Positions 30,372-37,505 of a stretch of DNA of 64,000 bases are shown here, in pieces (positions within the stretch are counted from its first letter, which is position 1; every line of letters begins with the position of its first letter). The position numbers were made by a program, and so were the translations under genes. This DNA is from Minisyncoccota bacterium (GTDB lineage: Bacteria; Patescibacteriota; Minisyncoccia; UBA6257; JAGOQP01), in assembly GCA_041674185.1 (NCBI GenBank), contig JBAYWE010000002.1, positions 2,233 through 66,232 of the forward strand, read 5' to 3'. The notes under the pieces are model-generated. The model did not search any database. It was given only the letters and a program-made list of their open reading frames with translations, and had not been told where the DNA came from.

Positions 30372-30974
30372 ATGCTTAAGGGTATGTTAAAAAGACAAAA
30401 CAAAATAGAGATTTATCAGGTAGCCCAAAAAGCGGGATGGAAAACTCCAAACACTTTAATTTGGAGAGAGCCCGCACAAAAAATGAGACCTGAATTTGTA
30501 AAGCGATTATATAAAGAAAACGAGACAGTGTGCGAATTAGATTTTTCAGGAATTGAGACGGCAGATGGTTCTTTTATTGATGAGTTTCTTGTGACTGAAT
30601 TAAAAAGCATGGACGCTGGTAAGGTAAGTAAAAAAGCAATTTATCTTTCCAATCTGAATGATGTTGTTTTATACAACGTCGAATTAGTCTTTACAAAAAA
30701 GCGTCCAGCTGGAGAAAAATTTTATATGATGTTTCGTAAAGCAGATGGAACTTGGGAACTGTTTTCAGAAGGAATTGAAGCATCATTAAAAGAAACATTA
30801 GAGTATATAATGATAAAAAAAGAACTAACCTCTAACGATGTTTCTAAGAAATTTAACATCAGTGTTCCGGCTGCTTCGGTAAGATTGAAAAACTTATTTG
30901 ATATGAGAATCGTAGACAGGAAAGACGAAACAACATCGACAGGAAAGGAATTTGTGTATGAATCTCTCTTTTGA
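30372..30974 (+). CDS. STAS-like (DUF4325-type) domain fused to C-terminal winged HTH
   Basis: LDFSGIETADGSFIDEFL resembles the anti-sigma-antagonist STAS core. The C-terminal region is HTH-like. Confidence 0.5.
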   Translation: MLKGMLKRQNKIEIYQVAQKAGWKTPNTLIWREPAQKMRPEFVKRLYKENETVCELDFSGIETADGSFIDEFLVTELKSMDAGKVSKKAIYLSNLNDVVLYNVELVFTKKRPAGEKFYMMFRKADGTWELFSEGIEASLKETLEYIMIKKELTSNDVSKKFNISVPAASVRLKNLFDMRIVDRKDETTSTGKEFVYESLF

Positions 30975-31099
30975 TTTTTTTTGCCCTACTCTTAAGTATA
31001 ATTTGCTTAAGAGGTATTGGAAAATTTTTTACATAGCAGTTAAGCAAAAATAGCTTATAGGTAATTCACTTAATAATCATAAAAGAAAGGAGAAATCCG

Positions 31100-31627
31100 A
31101 TGAACGATTCAAATGAAGTAAACAAAAATCAAAATGAACAGAAAACTCATCCTGATCATTTGAAAAAAGAAATTGATGAGCTTGAACAAAAAGCTGAGAA
31201 GCTCGAAGAGGTAGCAGACCAATTTGAGAATGATGCTGAAAAACTTCATGAAGAAGCACACAAACTTGAAGAGAAGGCAGAGCAGCTTGAGAAAAAAGCA
31301 CATCAACTGGAAAAGGAAGCTGATAAACTTGAAGATAGAGCAGAAGAGCTCGAAGAAAAAGTTGAGCAGCTAGAGCATGAAGAAGAGCATAAGGAATTTA
31401 CTATTTCTGTGAATGGGAGAATGAAAACCGTTCAGGGTAAAACAATTTCGTATGATCAAATTGTTTTTCTTGCCTCTGGAAACCCAAATCCTGATCCAAA
31501 TATTATTTATACCATTAATTACAGTAAGGGTCCCAAACAAAATCCTAAGGGCTCAATGTCACAAGGCGATATTGTTAAACTAAAAGAAGGAATGATATTC
31601 AATGCTACCCCAAGTAATAAGTCTTAG
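31100..31627 (+). CDS. coiled-coil + multiubiquitin (Mub) beta-grasp domain protein
   Basis: N-terminal EKxEELE heptad-rich segment. The C-terminal ~80 aa (FTISVNGRMKTV...IVKLKEGMIFNATP) match the bacterial multiubiquitin domain pattern. Overlaps the downstream E1 gene. Confidence 0.6.
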   Translation: MNDSNEVNKNQNEQKTHPDHLKKEIDELEQKAEKLEEVADQFENDAEKLHEEAHKLEEKAEQLEKKAHQLEKEADKLEDRAEELEEKVEQLEHEEEHKEFTISVNGRMKTVQGKTISYDQIVFLASGNPNPDPNIIYTINYSKGPKQNPKGSMSQGDIVKLKEGMIFNATPSNKS

Positions 31628-32777
31628 TCCCGACCTTAAACAATTGTGGGATGAAGGTTTTGAATTAGAGGTCAAACATGGCTATCTATTAGTGCACAAT
31701 GTCCCCTATGTTACTTCCTCAAAACAAATTAAAAGTGGAACCCTCGTGTCAACACTTGATCTTGCGGGCGAAGTAACCAATAACCCTCAAACACACGTAA
31801 TCTATTTTATTGGAGAATACCCATGTCAAAAGGATGGTTCGCCCATCCTTGCGATTCAGCATCAAAACGGAGATCAGAATCTCGGGAACAAAATTGTCGT
31901 GAATTATTCGTTCTCGAATAAACCGGCGAATGGGTATCCAAACTATTATGAAAAAATAAAACGCTACTTCGAAATTATTTCGAACCACGCAAAATCACTT
32001 AATCCTGATGTTGAAGTAAAAAAATATGAGGTTCATCTTACTGAAGATGAGGAATCTGTATTTCATTACTCAGACACAAATTCGAGTAGAGCAAAGATTA
32101 ATGCGCTACAAGAAAAACTGGAATCACAAAAAATCGTTATTGTCGGTTTAGGAGGAACCGGATCGTATATTTTAGATTTGGTTGCAAAAACTCCTGTTAA
32201 AGAAATACATCTGTTTGACGGTGATGAATTTCTACAACATAATGCATTCCGTTCTCCTGGTGCACCATCACTCGAAAAACTTCGAGAGCGAAAAAAGAAA
32301 GTAGATTATTTTGCTGAGGTATACTCAAGGATGCACAAGGGAATCATTCCCCATGCAGAATTTATCAGCAGTGAAAACATCAATCAATTACTTGACAGTC
32401 ATTTTGTATTTCTTGCAATCGATGGTAGTCAGATAAAAAAGGAATTGATTGAATTTTGCATGAACAACAAAATTCCTTTTGTTGATGTGGGAATGGGTTT
32501 ACAGCTTGCAGATAATGAACTGGTAGGCATTGTGCGAGTCACCACAGGGCTACTCTCTAAAACAGATCATCTTGAAAAAAGAATTTCTTTTTCGGATGAA
32601 TCTGAAAACGCTTATGCAAGCAATATTCAAATAGCGGATTTGAATTCATTAAATGCGGCGTTGGCAGTCATCAAATGGAAAAAGATATTTTCTTACTATC
32701 AAGATTTAGGAAAGGAATGCAATAGTAACTATGCGATAAACACAGGAGAATTATTCAATGAAGACTTTGTCGTATGA
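31602..32777 (+). CDS. E2-like (UBC-fold) domain fused to E1-like ThiF/MoeB adenylyltransferase
   Basis: IVIVGLGGTGSYILD Rossmann motif of ThiF/E1. The N-terminal region has H-x9-C spacing (HVIYFIGEYPC) like UBC catalytic sites. Confidence 0.65.
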   Translation: MLPQVISLSPDLKQLWDEGFELEVKHGYLLVHNVPYVTSSKQIKSGTLVSTLDLAGEVTNNPQTHVIYFIGEYPCQKDGSPILAIQHQNGDQNLGNKIVVNYSFSNKPANGYPNYYEKIKRYFEIISNHAKSLNPDVEVKKYEVHLTEDEESVFHYSDTNSSRAKINALQEKLESQKIVIVGLGGTGSYILDLVAKTPVKEIHLFDGDEFLQHNAFRSPGAPSLEKLRERKKKVDYFAEVYSRMHKGIIPHAEFISSENINQLLDSHFVFLAIDGSQIKKELIEFCMNNKIPFVDVGMGLQLADNELVGIVRVTTGLLSKTDHLEKRISFSDESENAYASNIQIADLNSLNAALAVIKWKKIFSYYQDLGKECNSNYAINTGELFNEDFVV

Positions 32778-33120
32778 GTTTGTGGAATATATTCCAGACC
32801 AAATTGAAGAGGGTAAACTGTATGTTTCAATTCCTAATTGTGTGGCGATTCATAAATGTTGCTGTGGATGCCATACCGAAGTAGTTACTCCTCTATCCCC
32901 TGATGATTGGAGATTAATTTTTGATGGAGAATCTATTTCGTTATATCCCTCAATTGGTAATTGGCAATTTGCCTGTAAGTCCCACTACTGGATTAAGAAT
33001 AATACAGTTGAATGGGCTAAATCATGGGATGATACAATGGCTGAGAAGAATAGTAGTAAAAAATCTAATAAAAAAATGTTCTCGAAATTTTTAAAACATT
33101 TTTCTAAAAGAAAAAAATAA
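32758..33120 (+). CDS. DUF6527-like Cys/His-rich small protein
   Basis: CCCGCH...C...H cluster. This family recurs next to ThiF/multiubiquitin genes. Overlaps the E1 gene's 3' end. Confidence 0.5.
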   Translation: MKTLSYEFVEYIPDQIEEGKLYVSIPNCVAIHKCCCGCHTEVVTPLSPDDWRLIFDGESISLYPSIGNWQFACKSHYWIKNNTVEWAKSWDDTMAEKNSSKKSNKKMFSKFLKHFSKRKK

Positions 33121-33191
33121 AACAAACGTTCTTCACAATTAATTTAATTCATTTTACTAATCGGTTATACCATGATGAACAGTATAACCGA

Positions 33192-35147
33192 TTAAATATC
33201 ATCAGTTTTTGTAGAACTTGATTGTGGCTTGTTAGATAAATCACGTAGAGTCTTTCGCCAGAAAAACACTTGATCCTTCTTAACTCTTAAATACTTCGTA
33301 GAATTCTTTTCTATTCGACCCAAAGTTGATGGATCCACTCCTAATTTCAATGCCATTTCTTTCTGGCTTAAGCCACGAATCTTTCTATAAGAGATCAGTT
33401 TTTCACCCAGTGTCTTATTAGGAAAAACTTCTGGAGTATATCCTAAAAACTCTATGATTTTGGGTATGTACTTAACCGTAGGATTACTCAGATTCTTTTC
33501 CCAGTTATAGATACTGGTTTCTTCGACACCTATAATACAGGCAACATCCTTCTGAAATAGATTTTGCTCTAGTCTCCGTTTTCTTATATGTTCCCCTAAG
33601 GATTGTGGATTTTTAGGAATATTTGATGGTTTTTGAGCTGTTAGTACCAACTTGCAGATTGGCAACGCAGGTATGAAGTTGTGTTGCCTTTCTGTCATCA
33701 ATTTCTCCCCAGCGGAAGCATACTGAAGCTGTATAGAAACCTCATTTTGTCCAATATTGATTCTTTCTGTAATAGTCTCAATAATCTTACGTTTTTCATC
33801 AGAATTAAATGTTTCCCACCGATTATATAGATCCTTCGCTTCGCGAAGTATTTCATCACTAGAAAGAAACTGAATCTTGAGAAAGTCTATTTCAGCTTGT
33901 AACTCCGGAATCTGATTCTCCATTTGAGAGTACTGCTCATCAAGCGGTTTGTAGTAGGTACCAAATCCATCTTTGGGTAACTCCCCTGCCATATGGAGTT
34001 GTACCAATTTGTCCATATCAGATTTTATCTTGGATTGTTTTTTAAGCAGGGTGGAGAGTAGTTCTTCTTTCTCTCTAATAGATTGATCGGCGGTGTTGAG
34101 GTACTGCACCATCTCAGTTGGAGAAAGTAAAAAACTTTTTAGTTGTTCATGGAAAATTGATTCCAGATCAGACGTTCCAATTTTGTTATGACATTTCTGA
34201 CAAGTGTATTTGGGTGAGTTGGATGGAACATACATCTTCGTATCACATTCACAAAATACAAACCCGGTAAATAGATGGACTGCTTTTTTAGCTGGCTTAT
34301 GATTACTTTTTTGTTGCTCATCTAAAATCGCGTTGCATTGATTCCATATATCCTCAGAAACGATTGGTTCTATTTCTATAAATACCCAATCTGAGGGGGG
34401 CTTTAATTCCCATTTTTTATTTTCTCCTAAGCTCTTGGTATAGTTTGCACGCCTTACTCCTTTTGCACTTGGGTCTTGCAGTAAACGAGTTACGGTCGTA
34501 TCACTGAACTTAGAACCATTGCGTGTTCGATACCCTGATTCATTCAGAATACGGGCAACAGTTTTTTTACGTTGATGTTCAATGAATAATTCATAGAGCA
34601 GTTTTCTGATCGGAGCTTCTTTAAGATCGGGAATTAATTTTTTATCAAGCCACTGATATCCAAAGGGTGCTTGGCCTCCTAACGGCTTTCCCATTTTTGC
34701 TCGAACTGGAACTGATGCAGCAACTCGTTCAGCAATTTCTTCCCGTTCCCACTGAGCCATCGCCGCAATCATCGTATAAAATAATCTTCCCGCCGGAGTT
34801 GAGGTATCAATCGATTCTTGTAGAGAAATAAGATCGGCATTGTACTTTCTAAATATCTCTGCAAATTCTAAAAGTTCTTTTGTGTTTCTTGCTAAGCGAG
34901 CAAGTTTAGAAAATATAATTCCTGTAATTTTTCCTGACTTGATATCTGAAAGCATCCGTTGGGTTTCGGGATGTTCCATGACTGACTTACCACTAACGGC
35001 TTCAAGCTTATATACTTCTTTTATATCCCACTCTTTTGATTCTGCATAATAACGAGCGCGTCTCTCATGGTGTTCGGGGCTTTCTCCTTTAACCTGATCT
35101 TCAGTTGAAACACGAATCCAAATACCTATTGATTTATTTTCACCCAT
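33192..35147 (-). CDS. large serine recombinase with C-terminal tandem XRE-type HTH domains
   Basis: N-terminal IGIWIRVSTEDQ resolvase catalytic domain, then recombinase/zinc-ribbon domains. The C-terminal ~130 aa carry two XRE HTHs (LGEHIRKRRLEQNLFQKDVA and LGEKLISYRKIRGLSQKEMA). Confidence 0.85.
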   Translation of the reverse strand: MGENKSIGIWIRVSTEDQVKGESPEHHERRARYYAESKEWDIKEVYKLEAVSGKSVMEHPETQRMLSDIKSGKITGIIFSKLARLARNTKELLEFAEIFRKYNADLISLQESIDTSTPAGRLFYTMIAAMAQWEREEIAERVAASVPVRAKMGKPLGGQAPFGYQWLDKKLIPDLKEAPIRKLLYELFIEHQRKKTVARILNESGYRTRNGSKFSDTTVTRLLQDPSAKGVRRANYTKSLGENKKWELKPPSDWVFIEIEPIVSEDIWNQCNAILDEQQKSNHKPAKKAVHLFTGFVFCECDTKMYVPSNSPKYTCQKCHNKIGTSDLESIFHEQLKSFLLSPTEMVQYLNTADQSIREKEELLSTLLKKQSKIKSDMDKLVQLHMAGELPKDGFGTYYKPLDEQYSQMENQIPELQAEIDFLKIQFLSSDEILREAKDLYNRWETFNSDEKRKIIETITERINIGQNEVSIQLQYASAGEKLMTERQHNFIPALPICKLVLTAQKPSNIPKNPQSLGEHIRKRRLEQNLFQKDVACIIGVEETSIYNWEKNLSNPTVKYIPKIIEFLGYTPEVFPNKTLGEKLISYRKIRGLSQKEMALKLGVDPSTLGRIEKNSTKYLRVKKDQVFFWRKTLRDLSNKPQSSSTKTDDI

Positions 35148-35250
35148 TTCATTTCCTCATAATTCATTGCAACAAAAAATCTCGTTACATAATCAAGTTA
35201 TTATTTTTTTGTAAAACAAAAAAGGAGATGTTTAGCATCCCCCTTTTTCT

Positions 35251-35478
35251 TTACGCATTGCCGACACGCTTAAAAGATGAATTTGCTTTTTCTTTATAAT
35301 GAGAAGAGGAAACAAGATTAATCTCATGGAGAGAGTAATCAGATGGAATTTTATTCTCCATTTCTGAAATAGTTTTATGTAGCAATTGATTCACCAGTCG
35401 TGTCATCGGTATGCGTTTTTGTTTTGCGATTGGATAGAGTTTGGTAATCAACTCCTCCGAAATTTTTGGACTATACAT
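35251..35478 (-). CDS. small DNA-binding protein (RHH/antitoxin-like)
   Basis: 75 aa. KISEELITKLYPIAKQKRIPMTRLVNQLL resembles ribbon-helix-helix regulators. Confidence 0.35.
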   Translation of the reverse strand: MYSPKISEELITKLYPIAKQKRIPMTRLVNQLLHKTISEMENKIPSDYSLHEINLVSSSHYKEKANSSFKRVGNA

Positions 35479-35552
35479 AATGATGGTCCCTTATTCTGTT
35501 ATCAAAGAACTATCTAAAGCTTACGAGAGATAAAAAAATAAATAAGAAGTGA

Positions 35553-36605
35553 TTATTTGTCTAAGTCAGCAAAAACGTGTGAATATTTTTCCCAGATGTT
35601 TCTACTAATATGCCATGCATGTGCATGCTTTGCATATCCATACCATGAAGCACGTGATGTTTGTATTTTCTGAGCAGTAATTTTTTTCTTTAGTAGTTGT
35701 ATTACATATTTCTTAATACGCCGTTTGCATCGTTTGATCGTCGAGGTGCGTAATCGGATATAATGAGGAAAGAGTATATATCCCAAAAAGGGAACACCCG
35801 TCGTGATAGGTGATATAAATACTTTATGGGGATGTATCGTTAAAAGTAAGCGTTCTGTTAAAAATGTCTGCATGGCATCGCGTATATCATGTAATCTTTG
35901 TTTGTCCTCAGAGCAAATTACAATATCATCCATATAGCGGATATAGTACCGACAATACAATCGTTCTTTCGCATAGTGATCAAGTTCATTGAGGTAGATA
36001 TTAGCAAATAATTGACTGGTCAGATTGCCAATAGGTATACCCTTTTTTCTTCCCCCTTTGTTTGAATCATAACTACTATCAATAATGAGTCTCAGAAGAT
36101 TGCGTATATCCACATCATCAATTACGCGAATTAACAGTGCATATAAAATTTCATGATCAATACTTTGAAAATATTTAGAAATATCTAGTTTAAGAAAATA
36201 CGCCCTGCGCGTATATCCATGACTCACCCCATACATAAATTTTTTCAATCGTCGAATAGCACGGTGTGTTCCTTTTTGTTTTCTACACACATACGAATCA
36301 TAAATGAATCGCTTTTCAAAGAGAGGTTCAATATGTGCACACACCACATGATGCACAATACGATCACTAAAGGGAGCGGCACGAATTAATCGTTTCTTAG
36401 AATCACACACGATAAATTCTCGATACGTGCCGTGATAATATGTTTTGGTAGAAAGCGCATGTAATAAGTATCCCAAATTATATTCAAGACATTGTTCAAA
36501 TCTCACTACACAGCGTTTCTGTCGTCGCAATTTTCGCGCACGACAATACGCATAATAGAGTTCAGAAAAGGAACAAAGCGATTGATACATATCATAGATA
36601 TCCAC
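35553..36605 (-). CDS. diversity-generating retroelement reverse transcriptase
   Basis: RT motifs include YMDD (RYMDDIVI). The DGR-specific IGxxxSQ signature (IPIGNLTSQLFANIYL) replaces the group II intron QGxxSP. The 350-aa size is typical of DGR RTs. Confidence 0.9.
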   Translation of the reverse strand: MDIYDMYQSLCSFSELYYAYCRARKLRRQKRCVVRFEQCLEYNLGYLLHALSTKTYYHGTYREFIVCDSKKRLIRAAPFSDRIVHHVVCAHIEPLFEKRFIYDSYVCRKQKGTHRAIRRLKKFMYGVSHGYTRRAYFLKLDISKYFQSIDHEILYALLIRVIDDVDIRNLLRLIIDSSYDSNKGGRKKGIPIGNLTSQLFANIYLNELDHYAKERLYCRYYIRYMDDIVICSEDKQRLHDIRDAMQTFLTERLLLTIHPHKVFISPITTGVPFLGYILFPHYIRLRTSTIKRCKRRIKKYVIQLLKKKITAQKIQTSRASWYGYAKHAHAWHISRNIWEKYSHVFADLDK

Positions 36606-36775
36606 GGGCGCATGGCTTTCCTCGTACAGAGAATTCTATACGAGGAAATCTTATAGCAAACATGTTGCGATAAGTATATGCGCATATATTCCCTTGCGGG
36701 ACAGAACAAAGCCAGTAGTCATCATGACACAGTTGTATATTCCGTAGAATATATATTCGGGCCACTTATAAAAAT

Positions 36776-36900
36776 AATGATGTATACCGAGCGCACCGGA
36801 ATCCAATGTTGTTGTTCGTATTGCCTGGGGTATTGTTCAGATTGAGTGTCTCTACACCAGCGTTCGTGTCATTGTTCCAATTCCCACCACGAAGGAAGCC
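36776..36900 (-). repeat. DGR template repeat (TR)
   Basis: 125-bp near-copy of 37381-37505. About 22 of the mismatches fall where TR has A on the coding (minus) strand, i.e. T on the plus strand. Confidence 0.9.
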
Positions 36901-36973
36901 CGCCTTCATTCCGGTTTTAAATGCGGCATTATCCTGCTTCTGATAATAGATAATTCATACGATCAGAAGCATA

Positions 36974-37309
36974 TTATAAAAATCGTTTGGTAAGTCCTTG
37001 CCAGATACGTCCAAGTTCATTTAGTTTTTCCGCACTTACACCATACTGTCGTATAGAAATAAAACGTAAATCTTTTGCGAGGCGCATATATAATTGCAAC
37101 GTATCAAAATGTAAGCTGATAGATGCGATGCATTCTTTTTTTGTTTTTGATATTTGAAATCGCATCATGGTTTGTAATAACGCGAGGCATTCCGATTCAA
37201 TATGTTGTCCTAATACAAATCGCTGGTTTTTAGGAAACTTGCCGACGAGCGGAAATACCCACACAAAGTATGCATACGCTTTTTGAAACAACAATAAATC
37301 TTCAATCAT
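36974..37309 (-). CDS. avd: DGR accessory variability determinant (Avd, four-helix-bundle protein)
   Basis: 111 aa. FQKAYAYFVWVFPLVGKFPKNQRFVLGQ resembles Avd / 23S-IVS four-helix-bundle proteins. Lies between the target gene and the TR. Confidence 0.8.
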   Translation of the reverse strand: MIEDLLLFQKAYAYFVWVFPLVGKFPKNQRFVLGQHIESECLALLQTMMRFQISKTKKECIASISLHFDTLQLYMRLAKDLRFISIRQYGVSAEKLNELGRIWQGLTKRFL

Positions 37310-37380
37310 ATGATGATCGTAAAAAATGCGGGGATAGATTTTTAGATAGCTAGATTGCTACGGTTCATTTCGCTATGCGA

Positions 37381-37505
37381 AATGATGACTACCGAGCGCA
37401 CCGGAACCCAACGGCGTTGCCCGTACTGCCAGGGGCACCGTACAGAAGGAGTGTCTCTACACCAGCGTGCGTGCCATCGCCCCAACCCCCACCACGAAGG
37501 AAGCC
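37381..37505 (-). repeat. DGR variable repeat (VR) at 3' end of target gene
   Basis: Matches TR except at TR-adenine positions. Encodes the C-terminal ...VYGFLRGGGWGDGTHAGVETLLLYGAPGSTGNAVGFRCAR segment. Confidence 0.9.

Noticed and set aside
31100-31390. Repetitive DNA in the 5' half of the multiubiquitin gene
   Set aside because: It reflects the EKxEELE coiled-coil heptad repeats of the protein. It is not a tandem-repeat element in its own right.
35150-35300. Expected direct repeat of the tRNA-Gln 3' end marking the distal end of the integrated element
   Set aside because: No copy of the T-arm/acceptor sequence was found by eye near 35.2 kb or 47.4 kb. This is consistent with serine-recombinase integration (2-bp crossover) and does not contradict the element call.
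36506-36709. 67-aa ORF spanning the RT start and the TR-RT spacer
   Set aside because: Overlaps the DGR RT N-terminus in another frame and covers the spacer hairpin. Explained by the DGR architecture.
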